Below, one piece after another: positions 18,604 through 28,100 of a DNA stretch of 64,000 nt. The DNA lies in the IMG/VR virus record IMGVR_UViG_3300045988_103765. One strand, 5' to 3'. Every line of letters begins with the position of its first letter. Position 1 is the first letter of the stretch. Source of the stretch: a virus. A program made the position numbers and the translations under genes. The notes under the pieces are model-generated. The model was not told where the DNA came from and did no database searches. It saw only the letters and a program-made list of their open reading frames with translations.

Positions 18604-19248
18604 TTAAAGTTTGACGGGTTTTATGGCAGCAAGGTAGTCTTCCATTGTTGTTTTCTTTCCGTCCGGAGATAATGGTGTAATATCACCAATAGAGCTTCTG
18701 AATATATCTTGATAATCTTTCAGCAGTCTTTCTGCCTCGGCATTAACATCAGCATCAATTGCGATATTCTGCTTACCAAGATAGTTACGAAAAGATTCAT
18801 GTAAATCTTCCCTCACCTTAGACTTGGCTGTATCGTATATCTGATTGCGAACAGACTTCGTTTTCTCTTGCAATTCAAACTTTTCCAGCCTATCAAGTTT
18901 CTCTTTGTACTCGGCAGGCAACTCAAATTTCGAAGGCTTTTGATTGCCTTCTCCACCATCATTACCTTTTTCAGCCTTTTTCTTCCATTCTTCAATCTGA
19001 GATTTATATTCAGCTTCCTTAGCTTCAAATCCCTTAGTCGCTTCTGAGAATGCGTTCTTTCTTGCATGTCCGCTACTTTCAACTGAAATATTCAATGCGG
19101 CTACTAAGCCAGCATCTTCAATCGGAGCATCCTTGTAAGCTTCTGCAAATTTCTCAGAGAACTTATCTCTAAATGTTTCACTCAAATCAAAATTACGTTC
19201 TTCGCAAATCTGATTAACTTTAGATAAAACTTCTTCTTTTTGTGCCAT
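18604..19248 (-). CDS. Putative scaffolding protein
   Basis: 214 aa. Highly charged Lys/Glu-rich helical sequence immediately upstream of the capsid genes. Confidence 0.55.
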   Translation of the reverse strand: MAQKEEVLSKVNQICEERNFDLSETFRDKFSEKFAEAYKDAPIEDAGLVAALNISVESSGHARKNAFSEATKGFEAKEAEYKSQIEEWKKKAEKGNDGGEGNQKPSKFELPAEYKEKLDRLEKFELQEKTKSVRNQIYDTAKSKVREDLHESFRNYLGKQNIAIDADVNAEAERLLKDYQDIFRSSIGDITPLSPDGKKTTMEDYLAAIKPVKL

Positions 19249-19312
19249 TGTTCGTCAATGATTTTATTATTTTGAACAAAAATAAATAGCTTTTTCGTTA
19301 CTCATACTGTGG

Positions 19313-19365
19313 TTATCGAAAAAGTAGCATATTTATTTTAAGGTATGTAGCTTGTTTTTCGATAA
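19313..19365. promoter_or_regulatory. 11-bp inverted repeat TTATCGAAAAA / TTTTTCGATAA in the divergent head-terminase control region
   Basis: Arms at 19313..19323 and 19355..19365 are separated by 31 nt. A third TATCGAA lies at 19373..19379. Confidence 0.5.
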
Positions 19366-19392
19366 GTGGCATATATCGAAGCTTAGATTGCG

Positions 19393-19400
19393 TATTTTTG
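19393..19400 (+). promoter_or_regulatory. Bacteroides-type -7 box TATTTTTG upstream of the terminase gene
   Basis: Perfect TAnnTTTG, 20 nt upstream of the ATG at 19421. Confidence 0.5.
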
Positions 19401-19420
19401 TAGAAAAATAAAGAACCATT

Positions 19421-21178
19421 ATGAGCGAGAAAATACAGAAAGACAAAATTGTTAGTCCATTGCCGGGTTGCCAATATGAAGCCATCCGAAGCAATGCTGA
19501 CTATGTTGTACTTACTGGTTCCGGTGGCGGTGGAAAAAGTTTTACATTAGGTTATGCTCCAATTTCATATCTATATGAAAACCAAGGAGCAAAAGCTGTA
19601 TGGTTCATGCGTAATGTTGGCGACTTTTTTGACGCTGGTAAAGTAGTGGATGGTCTTAAAGAAATATATCCGCTTATTGATAGACGTTTCAGAATACAAC
19701 CAAGAGAACCTATTGGAGAAGTCATTAAGGTTCAAGACGATATGGGTGTGAAGTTTTTCAATAGCTCTGAAATTAAATTCCAGCAGTTAAATAATGAAAG
19801 TCCTACTGTAATAGATAAGATATTCAAAGGATTACAATTCAAGAAGGCTATCTTTGAGGAATGCAATAAATTTGAATGGAGGACTATTTCTACTTGTCAA
19901 ACCCGTCTGCGTGCAAACACTAAGGGTAAAGCTCAAATATATCTTGCTCAAAATCCGGAACGTGAATGCTTCATACGTAAGCTATGTGGCTGTGGCAAGA
20001 ATGGTGGTGGATGGATTGGAGATGATGGAAAACCCATTAAAGAAATGAATGGAGTTGTTCGGTTCTTCCACATTGTAAAGGGTAACTTGGATGAAGTCTA
20101 TTGGGGAAATACTAAGGAAGAGGTTTATTCTAAATGCAAAGACATTATAGATAACCTTTTGCAGATTGACCCGGATATGTCTTATGAGGACTTTATTATG
20201 AGCATGGTATTCTTTACTTTTGATGTGAGGGATAACCAAGCTATGCTTAAAGCAAACAAAGGTTATCGCGCTATGGCTGCAACATCTGTGCTTGCAGATT
20301 CAATGTATGAACCTAATTGGAATTTCTCTATACAAGACGAAAAAGAAGAAGAAGAAGAAGATAATCTTTCCGAAGTGACAGAGGATGATATTCTCAATAT
20401 GTTTACTCATGTTTCTCCATGTAAATGCAAGAAGGAGCGTATTACCGTGGATATGGCAACTACTGGGGAGGATAACTTTGTAATGAAGCATTGGGTAGGT
20501 TTCCATTGTGACGATATACAATATTGTATGAAAAACTCCAATCTTGAAGCTGTAAAGATGATTAAGCAGTTTATGGTTAAGCATGGATTGACTGATAAAG
20601 AGCTAATCATTGATGTGCAAGGTAACGGTTTCTTAAAAGAGATTTTCAATCTTGTATCAGCAAATGGTGGAGGTGTCGCATTCTCCGGAGCGATTGCCGC
20701 AACTGCTAAGGGAAAGAAACTGTATGAAAGGTTTAAAGATGAAGCTGCACACCTTGCTACCCAAATGATAAAGGCTGGATTGATAACCTATGACAGACAG
20801 CTTGCTAAAATGAGATATACACATCAGAAGCTAAAGCGCGAAGGTTCTACTACTGTCTTAAAACAAATGCAGTTTGAGAGCAGAATATTCAAATTTAAAC
20901 GCTTGCCTTCGGGACGAATACAGTTTGAAGGAAAGAAGGAACAACATGCTCTGATAAAAGGCTTTTCTCCCGACCTTACAGACAACATCATTATGCTTTG
21001 TGGGGGATTGTGTTATGACTGTTATAGGGAATTGGCTGGTGCTACTGGTGGAGAATTAAGAAGGAAATTATCTCTTGAAGATATAATGAACCAAGTAAAT
21101 GGTACTGCACAACCAACAAGGAAAAGAGGAAAGATTACTAATTCAGATAAGATATTGAAAATTTTAAGCAGCATATAA
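19421..21178 (+). CDS. terL: Terminase large subunit
   Basis: 585 aa. Walker A VLTGSGGGGKSF and a Walker B-like KAIFEEC. An acidic linker (EKEEEEEDN) precedes a C-terminal nuclease-sized domain. The portal gene follows. Confidence 0.8.
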   Translation: MSEKIQKDKIVSPLPGCQYEAIRSNADYVVLTGSGGGGKSFTLGYAPISYLYENQGAKAVWFMRNVGDFFDAGKVVDGLKEIYPLIDRRFRIQPREPIGEVIKVQDDMGVKFFNSSEIKFQQLNNESPTVIDKIFKGLQFKKAIFEECNKFEWRTISTCQTRLRANTKGKAQIYLAQNPERECFIRKLCGCGKNGGGWIGDDGKPIKEMNGVVRFFHIVKGNLDEVYWGNTKEEVYSKCKDIIDNLLQIDPDMSYEDFIMSMVFFTFDVRDNQAMLKANKGYRAMAATSVLADSMYEPNWNFSIQDEKEEEEEDNLSEVTEDDILNMFTHVSPCKCKKERITVDMATTGEDNFVMKHWVGFHCDDIQYCMKNSNLEAVKMIKQFMVKHGLTDKELIIDVQGNGFLKEIFNLVSANGGGVAFSGAIAATAKGKKLYERFKDEAAHLATQMIKAGLITYDRQLAKMRYTHQKLKREGSTTVLKQMQFESRIFKFKRLPSGRIQFEGKKEQHALIKGFSPDLTDNIIMLCGGLCYDCYRELAGATGGELRRKLSLEDIMNQVNGTAQPTRKRGKITNSDKILKILSSI

Positions 21179-22424
21179 AATGGGCAATTATATAGGACTT
21201 GACACTTAAATGATTATCTTTGTACATGCAGCGAGTAGAAAGACATATAGCAATAGGCAACAAGCGGTTGGATGAACTTTGCTTCCTATCCAAGAACTTG
21301 TACAACTACGTAAATTATCTTATTAGACAAGAGTTTACGCAGCATAAGAAGCTTTTGTCCGAATATGAAGTTACTACCATGCTCGCTAAAGATAAACAAG
21401 CGGACTATATAGCCTTGCTTGCACAGACAAGCCAGCAGATTATAAAGATACTTTTCAAGAATTGGAAGGTATTCTTCAAACTCTGCAAGTTGAAGGACAA
21501 ACTGAAATCCCGTCCCAAGCTTCCCAAATACAAGCACAAGACAAAGGGACGCAACATTGTGGTATTTACCAATCAGCAGTGTAAGTTGAAGGATGGATAT
21601 ATCCATTTCCCGAAACGTGCCGGGATAGAACCAATAAGAACCAAAGTGGATAACTTGTGCCAAGTGAGGATAATTCCACAGTGCAGTTGCCACATAATAG
21701 AAGTAGTTTATGAAAAAGAGAAAGAAGAAGCCACCGAATTAGACGATACGACTTATCTAAGTATTGATTTAGGACTTGACAATCTCGCCACATCATTTGA
21801 CCCACAACACAACCGTTGTTTTGTCATTAACGGCAGACCGCTAAAGTCCATGAACCAATTCTTTAATAAGCGTAGGGCTTTCCTAATGAGTTTGATAGGT
21901 AGTCGGGGAATGAGTAGACGTATCGGACGATTAACTCTAAAGAGAAACTGTAAAGTACACGACTATATGCACAAAGCTTCAAGATTCATAGTAAATTATT
22001 GCAAGGATAACCACATTGGAAATATTGTGATAGGAAACAACAAGGATTGGAAGCAGAACTGTAATATGGGAAAGGTGAACAATCAGAACTTTGTGAGTAT
22101 TCCTTTTGAGAAGCTAATCTCCATGATACAATACAAGTGCGAGGAAGTAGGAATTAAGGTCATAGTCACGGAAGAGAGCTATACTTCCAAAACCGACCAC
22201 TATTCAGACGAAGCCATGTGCCACCACGAGAACTATATAGGAAAGCGCATAAAGAGAGGTCTATTCCGTAGCGCATCGGGCAAACTGATAAACGCTGACC
22301 TAAACGGAGCGATAGGAATTTTAAGAAAAGTAGTCGGTGAACGCCTTTGGCAAATAGCCGATAGAGGTGGAGTGGCAACACCATCAAGAATACAATTTGT
22401 ATAACTTTAAATAAATGTCATAAA
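21179..22424 (+). mobile_element. tnpB-only IS200/IS605-family-like insertion between terL and portal (ends not resolved)
   Basis: A 1.25-kb interval holds a single TnpB-like gene, with only 47 nt and 20 nt of flanking non-coding DNA. No tnpA. Confidence 0.55.
21226..22404 (+). CDS. tnpB: TnpB-like RNA-guided endonuclease (IS200/IS605 OrfB family)
   Basis: RuvC triad motifs are present: SIDLGLDN, VTEESYTSK and INADLNGAIGILRK. The usual CxxC...CxxC zinc finger between the E and the last D is absent (SKTDHYSDEAMCHHENYIGKRIKRGLFRSASGKL). Confidence 0.85.
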   Translation: MQRVERHIAIGNKRLDELCFLSKNLYNYVNYLIRQEFTQHKKLLSEYEVTTMLAKDKQADYIALLAQTSQQIIKILFKNWKVFFKLCKLKDKLKSRPKLPKYKHKTKGRNIVVFTNQQCKLKDGYIHFPKRAGIEPIRTKVDNLCQVRIIPQCSCHIIEVVYEKEKEEATELDDTTYLSIDLGLDNLATSFDPQHNRCFVINGRPLKSMNQFFNKRRAFLMSLIGSRGMSRRIGRLTLKRNCKVHDYMHKASRFIVNYCKDNHIGNIVIGNNKDWKQNCNMGKVNNQNFVSIPFEKLISMIQYKCEEVGIKVIVTEESYTSKTDHYSDEAMCHHENYIGKRIKRGLFRSASGKLINADLNGAIGILRKVVGERLWQIADRGGVATPSRIQFV

Positions 22425-23954
22425 ATGATAACGAGAAAAAACATTGATTGGTATTTGTCAGAACCAACGCGACTGTTGTTGAAGAAGCCTTTTACGAGAG
22501 GTGGAAAATTTCAGTCGTGCAAAACTTATATTGGTGATGTTACACTTAACCAAAAAACAACTGCCCAGTTGAGCGACTTGACATTGCGAGAGGTTTCACA
22601 AGACCTCTATCTGAGAGAGTACGACCCTTCTCTACACAATATAAAGTATAATAATTCAATTCCTAAGATTGCAGTCAGAGTTGGAGATACTGATATAGTC
22701 ATAGATGAACTTGTGCTGACAGTTTCTTTGCAAAAGAATATTCATGCGGCACATGTTCTTCATCTTACTGCTAATCCTATTTCTTTTAATCTCTGTAATA
22801 TAGAGAAGAACGATACCATCAGCAAGAAGTTTCAGAATTTCAAGCTGGAATGGAATATGAGAAATATGGAGCAAATCAAGTACGAACTAATATCCAAGCA
22901 AAAGAAAGTTGGCGATGCTGGCGTACTATTCAAATATGACCCTATAAAGAAAAAGGGAACAGTTAAAGTCTATTCCTATGATGATGGATATTCAGTCATA
23001 CCTAACTATAATGAATATGGAGAAGAAATTTCACGCTCCTTGTTTTATAAGATAGATGATTTGACAGAAGTCATTGATACATTTGATGATAAGTACCTTT
23101 ATCGTTCAATACGAAGCAAAGAAGGAGAACCTACCAATAATGGATGGGTTACTGAAAGGATTCTTCATGGGTTTAGCCGTAATCCTCTTGTCTACCATAG
23201 AGGCAAAGTAGCTTGGGAATATTCTCAAAGTATAATTGAGATAATTGAATTGCTTACAAATATACATGCTGTGACATTAAAGCGGTTTGGTACTTGGGGA
23301 TTAGTCTTAAAAGGGGAAATGAATGAAGACAGTTTCAAGCGAGATAACGGCACATTAGTTATCAATCTCCCGGCAGACGAAGGTTCAAGCTACAAGACAG
23401 AAGCAAAGACTTTGGAGTTTCCAGAGCCGGAAAGTATGATTGCTTATCTGGAATATTTGCTGGAACAAGTTTCAATCGCTTCATCTGTCAGCTTTATCAC
23501 TCCAAAGGATATCACTAATACTGGAAGCGGTGGCAACGGCATTGCATTGTCTATGCGTAATGATATTGCACTGGCTACTCAAAGTGTTGCTGATTGGTCT
23601 GATTCTATCAATGAGATAACCTATCTCTTCCAAGAGATGTTAGGATTGGAAGAAGACCAGACGAATGCTTATACAGATTTGAAAATTAAAGCCAAACTGA
23701 ATATTTGGAGCATGGAAACCAACAATACTAAGATTACCAACTTAGCTATGGAATCTAAATGGATTTCCCGACAAACATTGATTGAAGAATCTCCGTCTTC
23801 TGCACCGGATGAACTTGACCGAGTAGAAAAAGAGAAAAAGCAAGAAGAAGAAGATGCTATCAAGCAAGCTGAAAAAGCTGAACGGATAAGCAAGAACAAC
23901 AATACAGAGATTATCGAAACTTCTAATAAAACTACTTACAGTAGCAACGTTTAA
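22425..23954 (+). CDS. Putative portal protein
   Basis: 509 aa. Follows the terminase with the tnpB insertion between them. Acidic C-terminal tail. Call rests on size and position. Confidence 0.6.
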   Translation: MITRKNIDWYLSEPTRLLLKKPFTRGGKFQSCKTYIGDVTLNQKTTAQLSDLTLREVSQDLYLREYDPSLHNIKYNNSIPKIAVRVGDTDIVIDELVLTVSLQKNIHAAHVLHLTANPISFNLCNIEKNDTISKKFQNFKLEWNMRNMEQIKYELISKQKKVGDAGVLFKYDPIKKKGTVKVYSYDDGYSVIPNYNEYGEEISRSLFYKIDDLTEVIDTFDDKYLYRSIRSKEGEPTNNGWVTERILHGFSRNPLVYHRGKVAWEYSQSIIEIIELLTNIHAVTLKRFGTWGLVLKGEMNEDSFKRDNGTLVINLPADEGSSYKTEAKTLEFPEPESMIAYLEYLLEQVSIASSVSFITPKDITNTGSGGNGIALSMRNDIALATQSVADWSDSINEITYLFQEMLGLEEDQTNAYTDLKIKAKLNIWSMETNNTKITNLAMESKWISRQTLIEESPSSAPDELDRVEKEKKQEEEDAIKQAEKAERISKNNNTEIIETSNKTTYSSNV

Positions 23955-23966
23955 GATAACAATATC

Positions 23967-24359
23967 ATGGATTGGACGCAGATTTTAGTATCAATACTTG
24001 GAGGAGGAGGTTTCTTAGGTGGAATAGTTTCACTTGTAAATATGAAACCTTCTCGCAAGAAAGCGATGGCAGAGGCTCGGACAGTTGAGATTACGAACCT
24101 TGAAAAGTCAATATCAATAATGGAGAAAAGCTACAGTAACATACAGACGTATGTGAACAAGGAAGTAACCCGTATTGAAAACGACCTTTCAGAACTGAAA
24201 AAAAAGTATGAAGAAAAAGTTATCTCTATACGGCAAGCATACATTTGCAAAGTACCAAGCGAAGAATGTCCGGTGCTGTTAAAGCAAGCAAAGTTTGATA
24301 TGGCACATGAATGTGAAGAATGTAGAGGCTGTGAAAAGAATGAAAAGAAGGAGGACTGA
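23967..24359 (+). CDS. Holin-like membrane protein
   Basis: 130 aa. N-terminal transmembrane segment ILVSILGGGGFLGGIVSLV, then a coiled coil. Immediately precedes the endolysin. Confidence 0.4.
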   Translation: MDWTQILVSILGGGGFLGGIVSLVNMKPSRKKAMAEARTVEITNLEKSISIMEKSYSNIQTYVNKEVTRIENDLSELKKKYEEKVISIRQAYICKVPSEECPVLLKQAKFDMAHECEECRGCEKNEKKED

Positions 24360-24361
24360 TT

Positions 24362-24802
24362 ATGAATATAAAGAACTATTTCAATATCAAAGAGCTTGTT
24401 TGCAAGCATGTATATAACAAGTTTGGAGAAATGGCTTGGACGTTTTTTGACCCACGGCTGCTTGAAACAATGTGTGTCATACGAGAAAAGCTTGGCAAGC
24501 CTATAACTGTCAATACTTGGCATTCGGGAGGAAGTCTGACACAAAGAGGACTGCGCTGTAATGTGTGCCAATTAGTAGCTGAAAAGACCCGATTGGAGAA
24601 GGTATATGTATCTGCACATCTGCAAGGAACTGCACTGGACTTTGATGTGAAGGGAATGACCGCCTTGGAAGTTCGTAATTGGATTAAGGCAAATCAGATA
24701 CTTCTTCCTTATCCGGTACGCTTGGAACAAGATGTCACTTGGGTACACTTAGATGTACGTACTGATGGAAGTAATGGCAAAGTAACCTATTTCAAAGGAT
24801 GA
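24362..24802 (+). CDS. Endolysin, peptidase M15 (D-Ala-D-Ala carboxypeptidase-like) family
   Basis: 146 aa. Contains the zinc-ligand pattern SAHLQGTALDF and a late WVHLD, typical of M15 phage endolysins. Confidence 0.7.
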   Translation: MNIKNYFNIKELVCKHVYNKFGEMAWTFFDPRLLETMCVIREKLGKPITVNTWHSGGSLTQRGLRCNVCQLVAEKTRLEKVYVSAHLQGTALDFDVKGMTALEVRNWIKANQILLPYPVRLEQDVTWVHLDVRTDGSNGKVTYFKG

Positions 24803-25182
24803 AAAAGGTTCTTCTCCTAATAATCCTTTTGCCTCTTTTGTTTTCATGCCGAACTGCAAAAGACTTGGAGAAAAATACAGAAATAAAAGAGATTATCAAA
24901 GAACGGCATGACACTTTAATGGTACACACAAGAGATAGTATCTATTTTTCTGTTATTCAAAAAGGCGATACTGTTTTTAATACTAAGTATATTGAAAAAA
25001 TCAAGTACATAGACAGAACAGTCATACAGAATGATACTATATATCAAGAGAAAGAAGTCATTAAGGAGAAAGAAGTCATTAAGAAGCATGTTCCATCATG
25101 GTGCTGGTGGCTTTTACTAATTAATGCAGCAATCATAGGAATAATCGGAATTAAATACTACGTAAAATGGCGAACGAAGTAA
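24799..25182 (+). CDS. Spanin-like lipoprotein with C-terminal TM (unimolecular spanin candidate)
   Basis: 127 aa. Signal peptide with lipobox LLFSC, and a C-terminal transmembrane segment WCWWLLLINAAIIGIIGIKYYV. Start and stop overlap the endolysin and the fibre gene. Confidence 0.5.
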   Translation: MKKVLLLIILLPLLFSCRTAKDLEKNTEIKEIIKERHDTLMVHTRDSIYFSVIQKGDTVFNTKYIEKIKYIDRTVIQNDTIYQEKEVIKEKEVIKKHVPSWCWWLLLINAAIIGIIGIKYYVKWRTK

Positions 25183-28100
25183 ACCCTATACTGAATATAT
25201 ACAATGAAGATGGCACTCCCTTCCACGACATCAGTTTGAGAAAACACACTTTCTCAACTATTGTTATGTCGTTAAATGACAAGATAGAAGGAGAGTTTTA
25301 TTATAAAGACAATTCACTTTCGTTTACTCTGCAAGAATATGTAGAGTATAAAGGAATAAAGTACATTCTTAAAAATCCTCCCGTAGTTGTTAGAAAAGGA
25401 ATGACTTCGGAAAACAGCGAGGCAAAGGGAATGACTAAATATAGTTGTACTTTCTACCATGAAATGATTGAATTGTACAACATTCCCTTTACTGACATTG
25501 CTATTAGTAGCAGTGAGGAAAGTTATCGCAGCGAAAAACGGACTTTCTCGTGGATTGGTACATTAAGCATGTTCGTTCAAAAAATCAACTCATGTCTTGT
25601 CGGAACTAAATGGACTTGCAAGTTACAGCCAACATTTGTAGATGATGGGACAATGAGTGATGTGTTATCATTCAGCAATCAATTTATTTCAGACGTTTGC
25701 AAGACTGCATACGAAACATGGAAAGTCCCATTTGTAGTTGATGGATATACTATTTGGTTTGGCAAGCCATCTAAGGAAATACTCGACGATGAAAACAAGC
25801 CATACATATTCAAATTCGGACAAGGTGTAGGACTGAAAAACAACGATTGCACACCAAAGAATAATAAGGTCATTACTCGTATTGCTGGATATGGTAGCAA
25901 CATTAATATTCCGTATGGCTATCCTATAATTACAGATGCAGACGGAAATCGCATTGAGCACCCATATACTCGTGACACGTTAATGCCATCAGTATATGTA
26001 GAGGCAGTTAGAAATAAAGTCTTGTTTGGTTCTAAAAAACCTCTTATTGACTACTATGACGCAGATAGCAGCTATCCTACTCCTATCAATCCTCTTGCAC
26101 CAGTATTCCATATCCAAGAATTTTCCAGCATACAACCTACTATTGAAGGTATGACATACAAGGGACAAGCTATTGACTTGTTCAAAGAAGTAATAGTACC
26201 AGAAGGTGGCTGGGATGATTATATTGACCCCGAAACGGGAGAGGTTAGACAGTCGTATTTTGATGTGACGCTTTATCCTCTTGGCTTTGACTTATATGCA
26301 CAAGCAGCAGTTACAAGTGGAATGACCTTCTCCATGAAGTCCGGTGACACATTAGGAGCTAACTACGAGGTAGCAGTAGATTGGGAAGATGTAAAAAAGA
26401 ACTTCTATGTAACTGATGAAGCTGGAAACATTGTATTCAAACCAAATGGAGAACAGAGGGACTATGCTAAATATCCAGACAGTACAGACCAAGCTATTAC
26501 TATTAAACTGACAAAGGACTTAGATACATTTGGTACGATAATGCCAAGCAAGTTCCAGCAAGTTAAAACTGGCGACAAGTTTGTCATATTGCACATTGAA
26601 ATGCCACAAGCATATATAGACAAGGCACAAGAACGTTTGGACGTCGCCATGAAAAGATATATGCTTGAAAATAATATGCCTTTGTATGACTATCCTTTGA
26701 GCTTCGACGAACACTTCTTGGAAACAAACCAAGCAATTCTTGCGCAGATTAAGCCTAATACTATTGTCAGATTCTTGTATAAAGACAATGAGGACGCTAT
26801 GGAATTATCCGTAAAGGAAATGTCAATCCAATATGGTACAAATCCCCTTCCTACTTATAATATTACCTTAACGGACGAAGTGTCTATTGTACTGAATCAG
26901 ATAGGACAGATAGCTGATGGACTTAGCAAGTTAGGAAGCCAAGTAGCACAGTTACAAGCTATTTATGGACTTGACATTGTAGGCGAACTGAACAAAAAAC
27001 TCAGCAGAGTTAAAGATGATACCGCACAAGGAATGATAACTTTCTTGCGTGGATTGAAAGTCGGTAGCTATGTGACCGGAAGTACGGGCGGTATATTCTA
27101 TGCAGATACAGACGGAAAATCACATGCAGAGCTTGATTATCTGACAGTAAGAATGAAAGCCATGTTCTATGCTTTGGAGATTATCAAGACCGGAGTTATC
27201 GGAGGTCGCCAAATGATTACTCCCGGTGGTGCAATCGAATGTATCAAGATAGAAGATAGAAATGATATACTTGACGAAGAAGGTAACAAGACTGGCGAGA
27301 ATGTTTGGGACTATTGGAGATGTTACTTCTATCAAGATGATGGTACAGAAGCGTTAGATAATCGTTTCCGCGCTGGGGATATGGCTTTAGCACAAGACTT
27401 CAATATTAAGGAGGGAGTTTATGAGAATGTGTCAAATCATTACTTCTGGCGTTTAGTCGTAAACGTAGGAACTAATTACATTGACATCTCAAAAACTGAT
27501 GCTGATGCAGCCAGTGATGCACCACGAGTAGGAGATACCATTTGCCAATTAGGTAATAAGACCTTTGTTGATGCAAATGGTGTTACTCATGTAGAGGACA
27601 AGACAAGACAGAATGCAATTATCTTTAGTGCAGTTGACACTTTCTCACCAAGTATGACTTTATATGCTGGCATAAACAGCTATTCATACCTCAACAAAGA
27701 GTATGTGTCCTATGGTGTTGATAAGACCACAAATCTCGCTTATATGAACGTCTATGGCAACTCTTATATCGGAGCAAGAGATAAGAGCAGCTATATGAAG
27801 TTTGATACGGTAACTGGTGTTGAGATAAAAGGTAAACTTGTAACTAAATCCGGCAAAGACGTTGAGGAAACATTCAACAGCTTTCAAGACCAGATAGATG
27901 GAGTAAAGGAAACTTGGTACGGAGAATATACACCAACTCTTACTAATCAGCCAGCAGTTGATTGGAACACAGAAGCTTTGAAAAAACGGCATGAAGGTGA
28001 TGTATTTACCAATATCCAAGAATATGTCGATGATGAAACTACTCCCGATGCAGGCAAATCATGGAGATGGGTAAAGACGGGAGATACATGGGGATGGAAG

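Noticed and set aside
20338-20364. GAA-rich run (five GAA within GAAAAAGAAGAAGAAGAAGAAGATAAT) in the terminase gene as a contingency locus
   Set aside because: Unit changes in a triplet repeat keep the frame. It encodes an acidic inter-domain linker (EKEEEEEDN), which is a common feature.
21215-21222. TATCTTTG -7-like box immediately upstream of tnpB
   Set aside because: It ends only 3 nt before the ATG at 21226, so transcription from it would start inside the coding sequence. It is likely a fortuitous match.
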